A stretch of 64,000 bases of DNA from Candidatus Latescibacterota bacterium (GTDB lineage Bacteria; Latescibacterota; UBA2968), in NCBI GenBank assembly GCA_965116885.1, contig OZ220741.1, forward strand, positions 2,850,551 to 2,914,550. The letters run 5' to 3'. A program made the position numbers and the translations under genes. The stretch's first letter is position 1. Each line of letters starts with the position of its first letter. This document shows positions 30,123 through 40,578 of the stretch, piece by piece. The notes beneath the pieces were generated by a model. That model was not told the origin of the DNA and did not search any database. It worked only from the letters and a program-made list of their open reading frames with translations.

Positions 30123-30238
30123 TGTTTGCTCCAGTGGTTAGTGGTTAGTCGTTCGTCCACCCCAGTTTTCTTACCTCTCTAACATACATCATCCCCCAAA
30201 GAGATTCAAGCGATCAAGATAGGGCGGAATGAAGTTAC

Positions 30239-30267
30239 TTGACAGTAAATTTTCTTGCATTCATTAT
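30239..30267 (+). promoter_or_regulatory. Putative sigma70 promoter
   Basis: TTGACA, 17 bp spacer, CATTAT; AGGAGG RBS follows. Confidence 0.5.
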
Positions 30268-30299
30268 GTACTATCAATTCCCACACATAGGAGGCTAAG

Positions 30300-31523
30300 A
30301 TGAAAATCACCGATATTGAAGTTATTCCCATTGCAATGCCTTTGGCAAAACGCTACGACAACCACCACGGGCGCACGCGCATGTATGACATCGATCAGCA
30401 TGTGGTGGTCAAAATCCATACGGATAACGGGCTGATTGGCTATGGCGATTACGAAGACAGTTCCGCGATTGCTTCTGAGGAAATCGCGCCGTTAATTGGG
30501 CGCAATCCTTTTGACTTTTTGCACAATAATTTTCATATGGCTCTTGGCATGGCACTCTACGATGTGATGGGCAAGTACCTCGAAGTGCCTGCCTATAAGC
30601 TCCTGGGGCAAAAGGTGAGAGATGCGGTGCCTGCGGCGGCGTGGACGCGGCCCTGTTCGCCCGAGGTGTTTGCGGAAGAAATCCAGCGCGCTGTCGATCA
30701 GGGGTATCGCATTTTTAAAATGCATTCCGACGCGCGATATGATGTTATTGAACAAACGCGAGCCGCTGCCGAGGTCGCGCCAGAGGGCTTTAAGCTCCAC
30801 TGGGATTTTAACCACAACCGCACGATGGGTGTCGTGCTTCCCATTGTTGCCGAGCTCGAGCGCAATTATCCGGTGGTCGGTTTTATCGAAGACCCGCTGC
30901 CCTGGGCCGATATTGATGGCTGGCGCACACTGAGACAAAAAACGCAATTGCCGCTTATCATGCACAATCCTCAACTCGGCGGCATGCAGGAAGTCTTACA
31001 CGGGACTGCCGATATTTATATGATTGGCGGTCGTATTGGCGATACTATGCGGAAGGGATTTGCTTACGGTCAGGCCAATATCCAGACGCTTCTTCAGCAA
31101 TCGGGTAATGCCCTGATGAAGGCTTTTACGTTGCATCAGGCGGCGGTCTTGCCCACGGCAACCGCGCATATTATCACTCTGGACGATCAATACGAAGACG
31201 ATATTACCACGTCGCAACTGCTACCGACCGAAGGTTTTTGCCGCGTGCCCGAAGGTGCGGGACTCGGTGTTGAGGTCGATGAGGAAAAACTCAAGCAGGC
31301 CGCCCAACGCGCACATATTCCCAAACTCGATGTCATTGGTGTGCTCCATCTGCCTTACGGACGCAAGTATTATACCCGTGGCGAACCCAATGTTCAAAAT
31401 CTTACTGGCTTTGAAGAAGGCGCGTTGCGGGGTATCCATTGCGAACGTCTCGTCAGAGGTGAATCTCCCGACTTTGAGCGCGTTCACAAACGGCTCGAAG
31501 AGGAGGGGCCATTTGTTGAGTAA
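30300..31523 (+). CDS. Enolase superfamily (mandelate racemase / muconate lactonizing) protein
   Basis: MKITDIE, MALYDVMGK...P.Y.LLG, FKMH, WDFN, IEDP, PEGAGLGVEVD. Confidence 0.88.
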   Translation: MKITDIEVIPIAMPLAKRYDNHHGRTRMYDIDQHVVVKIHTDNGLIGYGDYEDSSAIASEEIAPLIGRNPFDFLHNNFHMALGMALYDVMGKYLEVPAYKLLGQKVRDAVPAAAWTRPCSPEVFAEEIQRAVDQGYRIFKMHSDARYDVIEQTRAAAEVAPEGFKLHWDFNHNRTMGVVLPIVAELERNYPVVGFIEDPLPWADIDGWRTLRQKTQLPLIMHNPQLGGMQEVLHGTADIYMIGGRIGDTMRKGFAYGQANIQTLLQQSGNALMKAFTLHQAAVLPTATAHIITLDDQYEDDITTSQLLPTEGFCRVPEGAGLGVEVDEEKLKQAAQRAHIPKLDVIGVLHLPYGRKYYTRGEPNVQNLTGFEEGALRGIHCERLVRGESPDFERVHKRLEEEGPFVE

Positions 31524-31529
31524 AGAATA

Positions 31530-31561
31530 AACAGGACATCTCTGTAGAGAAATGTCCTGTT
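31530..31561. terminator. Hairpin terminator between convergent genes
   Basis: aacaggacat...atgtcctgtt inverted repeat. Confidence 0.7.
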
Positions 31562-31586
31562 GTGTTGCGGGCTGTATTATGCAATT

Positions 31587-33032
31587 TTAAAAGAATCGAT
31601 CTGCATCGCGAGGCGGTGTGGTGGCGAAAGATACGAGGATGAGGATGAGTGCGGAAACAGGGACGATAATACCGGCGGGGATTAAGCCGGTTCCGCCAAT
31701 ACTGTACGCGCCTTCTGCGTTAAGGGAATCTGCATAAAAAAATAGCCATAGACCAATTACACTCAGGATTGCTGCGGTTGCGCCTTGCTTTGTGCTGCGT
31801 TTCCAGTACAGTGCGCCGACGAATACGGGTACCAATCCCGCAAAGCCCGTGAGTGACCAGGCGCCGAGTTCAAAAATTGACCGCGTTGTAAACAGCGATG
31901 CGACAAAGGCCAGGACGAGGAATGCCGCGACAAATAGACGCCCGAACAAAATCTGCTGTTTTTCGGACAACTGGTTGTCAAAACCGTAAAATCGCACAAT
32001 ATCTTCGGTAAACATCGCGCCCAGAGCAAGGGTTTGAGAGTCGAGCGAAGACATAATTGCAGCAAAAACACCTGCCGCCAGGCATCCTGCCAGCACGCCA
32101 CCCGTATGTGCCAGAATTAATTCAATCAGAATGGGACCGTTCAGTGGTGCCGTAAAATCAATGCGACCGACCATTCCCAGGGTGACGCTGGGCACCCACA
32201 CGGCGGCGATACACAGGGGATAGAATACTATGGGCGTTTGAAATGACCGCGCGGTTCGGGCGGAGAGCCAATGGCCGTAAATATGGGGAAATGCCGCGAC
32301 ACTGATGGGTAGCAGGAGATAGGAGAGCATTTTGAATACGGTATAAGACCCGCTGCCAAAAATCACAAATTCGGGGTGCGTAGCGCGTAGCGTTGCCATA
32401 GCCTCGCCGATCCCGCCGTAGTGATCCATGATGACGAGATAGGCAATGATGCCGACGAGAATAAATACCGTTGTTTGAAAGGTGTTTGCCCAGGCAGTAC
32501 TTCGCATCCCGCCATAGGTTACGTACAGAAATGTTACGCCACATACGAGCAAACTGCCAGCCCAACCAGGCCACTCACCGCGCGTGATTGCCGCGAGTGC
32601 ATCGCCCCCGCCTTTGACCCCTATCAGGATGTAGGGTAGCATCAACAACACCACGACGACAAATAAGAGCGTTCCCAATGCTGGCGAGGTATAGCGGTCT
32701 CGGATCATCTGGATTTGGGTGACATAGGAAAACCGTTTGCCCAACCACCAGCTTTTTGTGCCGAGATAATAAAAGAGAAATGGAATCAGAATGGATGAAC
32801 TCGCGCCCATCAGACCGAAGACGACAATCCCCAGACGATAGGCTTCTCCAGATGCGCCCAGCATTGTAAATGCAGTGAGATTGGTGCCCAGCAGTGTCAT
32901 CAGCAGGACTACAGGACCAATGCTTCGGCTTGCGACAAAGTAATCTTCTGCGGTATTGCGAAACAGCCGATGCCCCAGGGTGCCGACCACTATAACCAGG
33001 CCCAGATAAATTGCGACAACCGCAATAATCAT
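31587..33032 (-). CDS. Sodium:solute symporter family transporter
   Basis: EDYFVASR, YVTYGGMRS, AAIMSSLDS; about 13 TM segments; start at MIIAVV overlapping the upstream stop. Confidence 0.92.
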   Translation of the reverse strand: MIIAVVAIYLGLVIVVGTLGHRLFRNTAEDYFVASRSIGPVVLLMTLLGTNLTAFTMLGASGEAYRLGIVVFGLMGASSSILIPFLFYYLGTKSWWLGKRFSYVTQIQMIRDRYTSPALGTLLFVVVVLLMLPYILIGVKGGGDALAAITRGEWPGWAGSLLVCGVTFLYVTYGGMRSTAWANTFQTTVFILVGIIAYLVIMDHYGGIGEAMATLRATHPEFVIFGSGSYTVFKMLSYLLLPISVAAFPHIYGHWLSARTARSFQTPIVFYPLCIAAVWVPSVTLGMVGRIDFTAPLNGPILIELILAHTGGVLAGCLAAGVFAAIMSSLDSQTLALGAMFTEDIVRFYGFDNQLSEKQQILFGRLFVAAFLVLAFVASLFTTRSIFELGAWSLTGFAGLVPVFVGALYWKRSTKQGATAAILSVIGLWLFFYADSLNAEGAYSIGGTGLIPAGIIVPVSALILILVSFATTPPRDADRFF

Positions 33033-33244
33033 TCCGCATCCTCCGCATCTAAATGATGAGGCCATGCCAGGCGCACTATTACGAGCATAGAGAGTGTGGT
33101 CAGGACGCACAGGCCGATGTGGTAAAGCAAATTGATTGGCAATCCCAGGATTAGTGCGTCGTTGTCCCACATCCAGACATTAAAAAATAAAATCAGCAGA
33201 ACGAGCAAAATACTCAAGGGCCAGATTTTTGTCTGTTGTGACAT
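33029..33244 (-). CDS. Small two-TM membrane protein (DUF3311-like symporter partner)
   Basis: 71 aa with W.W....ILGLP motif; translationally coupled to the symporter. Confidence 0.8.
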   Translation of the reverse strand: MSQQTKIWPLSILLVLLILFFNVWMWDNDALILGLPINLLYHIGLCVLTTLSMLVIVRLAWPHHLDAEDAE

Positions 33245-33272
33245 GGATTTCTCCTTTTTGTTTTGCTCGAGA

Positions 33273-34244
33273 TTACGGCTTTTGCGCGCCTTTGGCTTCG
33301 AGGTACACTGAGTACAAACACATGCCGCCGGTCATGAAGAGGCGGTTTTTCTTTTGTCCGCCAAAGCAGAGGTTGGAACACACTTCGGGCAGGTGAATTT
33401 TGCCAATGAGGTCGCCATTGGGCGCGAAAATTTTGACGCCGTTATCTTCGGGGTTGCCCCAGCCCGAACTGCTCCACAGGTTGCCGTCAATGTCGCAGCG
33501 AATGCCATCGGCAAATCCGGGGGCCATGTCGGCAAAGATGCGACTGTTTTTGAGGTGTCCATTTTCCACATCAAAAGCGCGAATATGTGCGGGACCTCCC
33601 AGTCCATGAGAGGACCCGGTATCGGTGATGTAGAGAATTTTTTCGTCGGGTGAGAAACACAGTCCGTTGGGGCGCACAAAATCGTTGGCAACAACTGTAG
33701 CATTTCCCGTGGTGGGATCGAGGCGATAGACGCTGATGGGCAGTTCATAGTCGGCAATGTGGCCTTCGTAGTCGAGCATGATGCCGTATCCCGGATCGGT
33801 GAACCATATACTGCCATCGGAATGCGAGGTGACGTCATTGGGGGCGTTGAGTGGTTTGCCCTCAAAGCTGTCGATGAGTACGGTGATGGTTCCGTCGTAT
33901 TCGGTGCGCGTGACGCGCCGGGTGCCGTGTTCACAGGTAATCAGACGGCCTGCTTGGTCGCGGGTGTGGCCATTGCAATAATTGGAAGGTTGACGATAGA
34001 CGCTGAGGCTGCCATCACTTTCGTTCCAGCGCATGATGCGATTGTTGGGGATGTCGCTGAAGAGCACACAACGCGCGTCTCCAAACCACACCGGGCCTTC
34101 GCCCCAGCGCAAGCCAGTACAGAGACGTTCGACCGCGGCGTTGCCTATGGCGTATTTTTCAAAGCGCGTGTCCAGAATTTCGATGGCGGGGTCGGGATAA
34201 GAGACAGGGCTGCCGTCCCAGGGACGGGTTTTCCAATCGGACAT
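33273..34244 (-). CDS. SMP-30 / gluconolactonase family protein
   Basis: WGEGPVW, FSDIP, NAPND, WFTDP, PNGLCFSPDE, ADGIRCD. Confidence 0.93.
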   Translation of the reverse strand: MSDWKTRPWDGSPVSYPDPAIEILDTRFEKYAIGNAAVERLCTGLRWGEGPVWFGDARCVLFSDIPNNRIMRWNESDGSLSVYRQPSNYCNGHTRDQAGRLITCEHGTRRVTRTEYDGTITVLIDSFEGKPLNAPNDVTSHSDGSIWFTDPGYGIMLDYEGHIADYELPISVYRLDPTTGNATVVANDFVRPNGLCFSPDEKILYITDTGSSHGLGGPAHIRAFDVENGHLKNSRIFADMAPGFADGIRCDIDGNLWSSSGWGNPEDNGVKIFAPNGDLIGKIHLPEVCSNLCFGGQKKNRLFMTGGMCLYSVYLEAKGAQKP

Positions 34245-34400
34245 TTTTTCTCCTTGGAAGCGGTTTGATGTCTGCGCGTACGATGGGCTTCGACGAGTGC
34301 CGTGCTCTAAAGGGTTGTGGGTATAAGAGAGGATGGGAAGAGGGAGCTAATTCAACGAAAATTCTATGGGCCTGACATTTGCCTGGGCGGAATCGTGCCT

Positions 34401-35153
34401 CTATTGTCGCTTCAGCGAAAATTCTATCGGCATAAACATCCAAACTTTGCGGCGTTCTCCCTGGTGTTTGCCTGGGCGAAATCGGTATTGCCGCGCTGCC
34501 TCTAATGCCGCTTCTTTGAAAATTTCCGGGCCGTGTACAAATTGGACGTCTTCTACGTTGCCTACCTTGTCAACCAGTACTTTGACCATGGCTTTGCCTT
34601 CGAGGCCCTTTTTTCGCGCTTCAGCGGGATATTCCGGCACGACAATTCGACTTGGATGTGGTTTGTAGTCAATCTCAGTATAGTCGAGTGGTTCGTCTAA
34701 GTCTATCCCCTTTGTCATCGCCAAATTGGGGATAAATATTTTGTCGAGGTCCAATTCCGTTGATTCAATTGTCACATCCTCAGGGACCTCTTCGCCTTCG
34801 ACGGCCAGGGGCACTTGAGGGCGTGGGGGCGGGGGCGGGCGCTTTATTTGACTTGTTTCTGGAATATCAACTGTTATAGCTTTGAATGCGGATTTCGTCA
34901 GATGTACGGTGGGATGGTATTCGGGATAGAGAAAAACAACAGCGATGAAGAGTATGAGATTCAACAGGCTCGCGCGCATCATGTTCGGCCAGTAGGGCAA
35001 CTTCAAGTCAGCAGAAGGGGTTTTTGTGCGCGTTTCTATCTGAACGTCGCAGGGCTGGGCAGATAGTCTTTTTTGAAATTCGCGCTGCGCCTGGCGCGCC
35101 TGATAAATTTGACCGCTTAGTGTATTTCCAAATCTAATCTGGACGAGGTTCAT
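34401..35153 (-). CDS. TonB family energy transducer
   Basis: Single TM, proline-rich PPPPPRP, C-terminal PEYPAEARKKGLEG...FRPG domain. Confidence 0.85.
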   Translation of the reverse strand: MNLVQIRFGNTLSGQIYQARQAQREFQKRLSAQPCDVQIETRTKTPSADLKLPYWPNMMRASLLNLILFIAVVFLYPEYHPTVHLTKSAFKAITVDIPETSQIKRPPPPPRPQVPLAVEGEEVPEDVTIESTELDLDKIFIPNLAMTKGIDLDEPLDYTEIDYKPHPSRIVVPEYPAEARKKGLEGKAMVKVLVDKVGNVEDVQFVHGPEIFKEAALEAARQYRFRPGKHQGERRKVWMFMPIEFSLKRQ

Positions 35154-35330
35154 GCGATTCCCATTTAGTGAACTGTGCTGATTATGTGGATATATTTATA
35201 ATTCTCAATAAGAACGAAAGTTCCAATTACACTGATTGTAGATGGGGGCATGGGGCAACAATCTATATGAGTCTTCGCCATTTGTCCAGATGAAATTATT
35301 GTCCGAGATGGGAGATTGCATGTAATAAAG

Positions 35331-35714
35331 CTATGTTGTTTTTGGAGATAATGTCTCAATAGTTACAGGGCCTTCCTCCTCAATATCCAGCGTCATTCGG
35401 TGTCCCATAAGCATTGACATGCCCAGTAGCGCACCAGCATCTGTTGCCAAAACAACTACTTTTCGTTTTTCCTCACCCCATAACACATCTGCTTCATAAA
35501 CGTCCATATACACTTGATGTCCATCTCCCAAGGCCGCTGGCGTGGTGCAGACAAATTGTAAATTAAGCGTATCAACCATATCAGTTGATAAAGTGAGATA
35601 GCCATTGAAGCCTGTATCAATAACGACCTCAATTTGAAGTGTTTGACCTGTAGGACCACATACTTGTAAATCTATAACTGCTTCCTTCTGGGCTGTAACG
35701 CGACCAATTGTCAT
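35331..35714 (-). CDS. Clan AA aspartic protease (AF_0612-like, retropepsin fold)
   Basis: IDTGFNGYL and LLGM motifs, 127 aa. Confidence 0.88.
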   Translation of the reverse strand: MTIGRVTAQKEAVIDLQVCGPTGQTLQIEVVIDTGFNGYLTLSTDMVDTLNLQFVCTTPAALGDGHQVYMDVYEADVLWGEEKRKVVVLATDAGALLGMSMLMGHRMTLDIEEEGPVTIETLSPKTT

Positions 35715-35716
35715 TT

Positions 35717-35980
35717 TTATTGGTCCAGACTCTGTTTTCCCAACCTATATGCAGCAGGATGACCGATACGCAACATATAGAGTGCTGCATCATTTTGTTT
35801 TGTTTTTGCACGTTGTAAAGCAGTCAATTCATCTGCATCAATTTCATATTCACCGGTTTCAATATTTAATACAAGAAATTTTCCTTTTTCGCAGTCGGCG
35901 ATTTCTGACCGGACCTTTTGATCATACAATATTTGTCCACGTCGGGAAATTTCTTCACTGGTATATTTTGGATGAAGCAT
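35717..35980 (-). CDS. Small protein paired with the aspartic protease (DUF5678-like)
   Basis: 87 aa; RGQILY...GKFLVLNIETGEYEID...RIG; 2 bp from the protease start. Confidence 0.75.
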   Translation of the reverse strand: MLHPKYTSEEISRRGQILYDQKVRSEIADCEKGKFLVLNIETGEYEIDADELTALQRAKTKQNDAALYMLRIGHPAAYRLGKQSLDQ

Positions 35981-36225
35981 GAAAACTCTCCTCGGTTAGT
36001 GGTTATATTGGTGAAACAAATACTAATTAAATTTACCAATGCGACGTCAAAATTCAAGTGGTTTGTGTCTGTTATCTTCCTTATGTCCTTTTCCCAACGC
36101 ATTGTTAACACATTCGAAAGGGAAAGGTGTATGGGGTTTCTTGATCAAACCAGTTGTGTTTTGGGGCGATGGATTGTAATATAAAGGGGATATTGGGGTT
36201 ATGACAAAACTTACTGGAGGAAGAA

Positions 36226-37227
36226 ATGAATCGTCAGATTACGCTGGCTGCACGTCCTGAAGGGTTTCCCGTGCCGGAGGATTTTAAGCTTGTTGAAACG
36301 CCTATTCCAGAGCCTGGAGAAGGCGAAGTGTTGTCGAGAACGCTGTTTATGTCGGTTGATCCCTATATGCGCGGGCGGATGAATGATCGGGCATCGTATG
36401 CGGCAAATGTGCAAATTGGCGATGTGATGGTGGGCGGTACGGTGGGTGAGGTGATCGCGTCGAATGATCCCGATTTTGAAGTTGGCGATATTGTCCAGGC
36501 GCAAATCGGGTGGCAGGCTTATGGCGTGTCTAAGGGATCGAATTTGCGCCAGGTCAATCCAGATCTCGCGCCTGTGTCAACGGCTTTGGGGGTGTTGGGC
36601 ATGCCGGGACTTACGGCGTATTTTGGATTGTTGGATGTTGGGCAGCCCAAAGAAAGCGAGACTGTGCTGGTGACGGGAGCTGCTGGTGCTGTGGGATCAA
36701 TTGTGGGACAGATTGCCAAAATCGTGGGGTGCCGCGTTGTGGGTGTGGCGGGGTCGGATCAAAAGATTGCCCATGTGGTTGGCGAGTTGGGTTTTGATGC
36801 TGCTTTCAATTACAAGGAGGTCGATGATTACAGTGCCGAATTGCAACGCCTGTGCCCTGATGGTATTGATGTATTCTTCGATAATGTAGGTGGCGCAGTT
36901 TCCGATGCGGCATTTCCCCTGATGAATGTGCTCGGTCGCATTTCCGTTTGCGGGCAAATATCGCAATACAATTTGACTGCTCCAGAACAGGGTCCGCGGA
37001 TGATGTGGCACTTTATTTCGCAAAGGTTGACGATGCGCGGTTTTCTGGTTTTTGACTTTGAAGACCAGCACGCCGAAGCTCTCAAACAGATGGCCATTTG
37101 GGTCAATGAAGGGCGGATTAAATACCGGGAAGATATCTGGGAGGGGTTGGAGAATGCGCCCGAGGCATTTATCGATATGATGCGGGGTGGTAATGTTGGG
37201 AAGCGCGTCGTAAAGGTGGCGGATTAA
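36226..37227 (+). CDS. NADP-dependent oxidoreductase (CurA / prostaglandin reductase-like)
   Basis: LAARPEG, SVDPYMRGRM, LGMPGLTAY, GAAGAVGS, FDNVGG, CGQISQYN. Confidence 0.93.
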   Translation: MNRQITLAARPEGFPVPEDFKLVETPIPEPGEGEVLSRTLFMSVDPYMRGRMNDRASYAANVQIGDVMVGGTVGEVIASNDPDFEVGDIVQAQIGWQAYGVSKGSNLRQVNPDLAPVSTALGVLGMPGLTAYFGLLDVGQPKESETVLVTGAAGAVGSIVGQIAKIVGCRVVGVAGSDQKIAHVVGELGFDAAFNYKEVDDYSAELQRLCPDGIDVFFDNVGGAVSDAAFPLMNVLGRISVCGQISQYNLTAPEQGPRMMWHFISQRLTMRGFLVFDFEDQHAEALKQMAIWVNEGRIKYREDIWEGLENAPEAFIDMMRGGNVGKRVVKVAD

Positions 37228-37228
37228 A

Positions 37229-37990
37229 ATGGGGATGACAGATTATCAGGCCGAACATTTTCATCGCAATGGATTCTTTTTTGTTCCAAATCCGTTGGAC
37301 GATGATGCTATGTTCGAGATTGACCAGCGCCAGCGCGCGGTTGAACAGGAGTGGTTAAAGGCCGAGTGGGCAGCGGGTTTTAACCGGGGGGCCTGTCAGT
37401 TTTTTATGGTGGGCGAGCCGTTGTTGCAGGCGGTGGAGCGCCCGGAATTTGTGGGTATGGCGCGGCGAATTTTGGGGTGTGAAGATGTGCATGTGGGTGC
37501 GTGCGGGTTGGGAGATGCGTCGAAGGTTGTGTCGGCAGATGGGCGTTTGCTGCAGCAAGTTCACTGGCACGCGGATGGGGGGCCCGATGTACGGCAGGTG
37601 TCGATGCGTACGGCATTGGATAGACACGACCCATCCAATGCGCCGTTGCGCGTATTGCCCGGCACGCATGTTAGATCCCGCGAGGAGGTTGAAGAGGAAT
37701 TGCGACAAATCGAAATAGCGACCGGGCAGCACGATGAGATGCCCGAGTTGTTATTTGCCTCACATCCCCGCGAAGTGGAAGTGATTCTGGATCCGCGATG
37801 GACGCTGGTATGGACGCCGAGTTGCTGGCATGCGACGGGTGTGAAGACAGCAGCTGGTCCAAGGCGTGCGATGGCGTGGAATTATTTTCCGAGCGGTGGT
37901 CGCAAGCGGGATGTTGAGGCATTGAAGTACGTGATTGAAGGTTGGGAGGATTGGTCCGATGAGCGGAAGCGGTTATGGGGGCTTGGATGA
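37229..37990 (+). CDS. Phytanoyl-CoA dioxygenase (PhyH) family protein
   Basis: FHRNGF, WHAD (HxD), LRVLPGTH, WHAT...RR. Confidence 0.85.
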   Translation: MGMTDYQAEHFHRNGFFFVPNPLDDDAMFEIDQRQRAVEQEWLKAEWAAGFNRGACQFFMVGEPLLQAVERPEFVGMARRILGCEDVHVGACGLGDASKVVSADGRLLQQVHWHADGGPDVRQVSMRTALDRHDPSNAPLRVLPGTHVRSREEVEEELRQIEIATGQHDEMPELLFASHPREVEVILDPRWTLVWTPSCWHATGVKTAAGPRRAMAWNYFPSGGRKRDVEALKYVIEGWEDWSDERKRLWGLG

Positions 37991-39118
37991 AATTACCAGC
38001 GCGCCGATGGCATATATTCCACCGCCAATGAGAAAAATCCAGTCCGACGGCAAATGTACTTGCTGCGTCATCCATCCGAGCATAGGGCCTGTTGCGGAGC
38101 CGAGGTCAGATGCTGTTACGTATCCGGCCACTGAACGCGAGCCGCGCATTCCCGCCTCGGCGTGCATGACTACGGTTGCGCCAACACCGCACAAAAAAAA
38201 CATCACCACGCACAAGATCAACAATCCCGTATTGGATGTAATTGACGCCGAGAACAGAGCCAATGTCCCGGTGCTAAAATAAATGGCTGCACTCCACCGC
38301 CGTCCCAGCCGATCGCTGATATGACCCAGAAAAGGACCACCGAGCGCGTCGGCAATCCACCGTGAAGATAGCAACAGGCCGTTTAATGTGGCTACGCCGA
38401 TGACCATCCCCAACAGGTTCAGTGATGTGCCCACGGTTTCGACGAGGACCACCCCCAGGGTGGACATTAAAATGCCCGGCCCAACGCACCCAATCACAAA
38501 ACCGCAAATCATTAATTTTGGGACCCAGCCCGCGTCCTCAACGCTTTCTTTTTTTACATTTTCATGTAAAACGGCGCGTCGCGCGATCCATCCCAGGGGT
38601 GTTCCTATCAACGAAATGATGGCGAATAAAAAGAGTGTGAGTGTAAATCCAATGATGTCGTGAGCCAGCCCGCCTAAAAAATTGCCTCCCACCGACCCGA
38701 GGCGCGATACGCCGTTGTAAAATCCCATCCTTTGACCGATCATAGATGGCGGCGTGGTATCTACCACGGTCATCAGGCCAATCTGACGTATAAATGACCA
38801 GGATAATCCCCAGAGCATGCGCGCGATAAGCAAGATGAAAAAAGAGGTGACAACGCCGTAAACAGCGGTCAATACGGCTCCGAGAATCAGGGAGCCTGTC
38901 ATCAAAGCCGTCAGGTTATAGCGCTGACACAATTTTTCGGCCAGGGTGTTCGTTATCAGGCGCACCCAGCGATTTACCGAGAGAATAATGCCGACCTGAT
39001 AAGGCATCAGTCCAATTTCGGCATAATGCGTTGGCAACACGGAGTACAGCATCTGGTCGCCCAGCAGTGAAAATGCCGTAGCCAATGCAATGAATACAAC
39101 AGCGTGTGACGATTGCAT
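37973..39118 (-). CDS. MFS transporter
   Basis: About 12 TM segments; GHISDRLGRR motif. Confidence 0.9.
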   Translation of the reverse strand: MQSSHAVVFIALATAFSLLGDQMLYSVLPTHYAEIGLMPYQVGIILSVNRWVRLITNTLAEKLCQRYNLTALMTGSLILGAVLTAVYGVVTSFFILLIARMLWGLSWSFIRQIGLMTVVDTTPPSMIGQRMGFYNGVSRLGSVGGNFLGGLAHDIIGFTLTLFLFAIISLIGTPLGWIARRAVLHENVKKESVEDAGWVPKLMICGFVIGCVGPGILMSTLGVVLVETVGTSLNLLGMVIGVATLNGLLLSSRWIADALGGPFLGHISDRLGRRWSAAIYFSTGTLALFSASITSNTGLLILCVVMFFLCGVGATVVMHAEAGMRGSRSVAGYVTASDLGSATGPMLGWMTQQVHLPSDWIFLIGGGIYAIGALVISSKPP

Positions 39119-39843
39119 TATGGATGATGTTCGACATTTTCTCCGCGATGCTCGCCGTCGATAAATGCCTGCGTAAATGCCGTTACCTGTGTAATCGCAT
39201 CTTCCACGAGTGCTGCACCGGCTTCTGCGGTGGCTTCCAGCGGTTCCTTATCTACTTGATCCTGCATTGCATCGTGGCGCACGTTTTCGGGCCACAGTGC
39301 CAGCGCGAATGCCGTTTCAAATTCCTGTGCGTGTCCAGGATATCGTTTTGTTTTTAAATTTTGCTCGGCAACGTCCTTTGACATGAGATCCCAGTAAGAA
39401 GTCCATTGCAGATTTACGTCGGGACGGTCGATCTTGAAAAACAACCGCCATTGACCAAATATGCCCCGCAAGGGAGCCACATTGCCGCCGTGACCATTTA
39501 GCACAATGACATTTTTTACGCCATGGCGCACCAGGCTTTCAATTGCATCGAATAACACGGCCAACCACGACCCGGGTTTGGCTGTTACGGTTCCTTTGTG
39601 TACCATGTGGTGTTCGGAGATGCCCACGGCCATCGGTACATTGACAATTACCTGGGGATATAATCGTTTGGCGGCTTCCACCGCGACATGGGCTGACGAG
39701 GCGGTGTCGTGTTCCATTGCCAGGTGCTCTAAATGCTGCTCGTTGCTTCCCACCGGAATAATTGCCGTTTGAAACTCTCCGCGCTCCAGTGCTTCCCGAA
39801 ATTCGCGTCGCGTCAATTTTGCCAGCAGAACTTGCTCGCTCAT
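39118..39843 (-). CDS. Creatininase family protein
   Basis: PVGSNEQH..HL....D, GISEHH, NGHGGN, GHA..FET. Confidence 0.9.
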   Translation of the reverse strand: MSEQVLLAKLTRREFREALERGEFQTAIIPVGSNEQHLEHLAMEHDTASSAHVAVEAAKRLYPQVIVNVPMAVGISEHHMVHKGTVTAKPGSWLAVLFDAIESLVRHGVKNVIVLNGHGGNVAPLRGIFGQWRLFFKIDRPDVNLQWTSYWDLMSKDVAEQNLKTKRYPGHAQEFETAFALALWPENVRHDAMQDQVDKEPLEATAEAGAALVEDAITQVTAFTQAFIDGEHRGENVEHHP

Positions 39844-40565
39844 TGCGTTTCTCCTTGTGTTGTTTGTGAGTAATACTCCGCGGTCTGGTCAGATGGTGCC
39901 ACCGCGCCATTTTGTGTCTGGATTAAGCCCCGCATCGCCCTGTACATGACATAAATCGAAATGGCTGCCCAAACAAATGCAATTGGATATGCCAATATCT
40001 CTATGCCGAAATATCGCGCCAAAATCCCCGCATCGGTGCGTTCTGTCTGCATCCACAAATCAGTGCGAAAATCGTATAAACTGTACAAGCACAGGACAAT
40101 ACCCGTCCAGGTTGCCAATACATGGGATAAGCGACCAAATCGAATCGTTACGACAATCAGTACGAGACCACAGATCACGCCAAACCAGAAATCGAGCGTC
40201 CCAAATGGTGTGTATAGTACTGCCATTCCTATTTGCAAGATACCGATCAATCCGAGCAATATCCTTTGCGTGCCCAGCCATCGGCCCGTGTAAATCAGCA
40301 ATGCACCGAGAAAGGCCGATCCCACATATCCCGCTGAACTGATGAGTGGAAATATGCCCCCTCGGCTGATCACATGCCCCGACTCATTCCACCGCACGCG
40401 CAGTTCCTCTACTTCACCACCTGTTGCAATCGCCATACTCGCATGGCCCATTTCGTGTATCCACACCACAAATACGCGAAATGGTTTTATGACCGGCGTG
40501 TCCCACAATGCCAGTGCGATAACTGCCAATAACAGATGCAGCCAGAATGTTCTTATTATGATCAT
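39840..40565 (-). CDS. Peptidase M50B-like membrane metalloprotease
   Basis: IHEMGHA (HExxH), SAGY, TDA; multi-TM. Confidence 0.85.
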   Translation of the reverse strand: MIIIRTFWLHLLLAVIALALWDTPVIKPFRVFVVWIHEMGHASMAIATGGEVEELRVRWNESGHVISRGGIFPLISSAGYVGSAFLGALLIYTGRWLGTQRILLGLIGILQIGMAVLYTPFGTLDFWFGVICGLVLIVVTIRFGRLSHVLATWTGIVLCLYSLYDFRTDLWMQTERTDAGILARYFGIEILAYPIAFVWAAISIYVMYRAMRGLIQTQNGAVAPSDQTAEYYSQTTQGETQ

Positions 40566-40578
40566 TCCCAATACAAAC

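Noticed and set aside
35165-35359. 64 aa ORF downstream of the aspartic protease
   Set aside because: Overlaps the protease end, with no RBS or motif; likely spurious.
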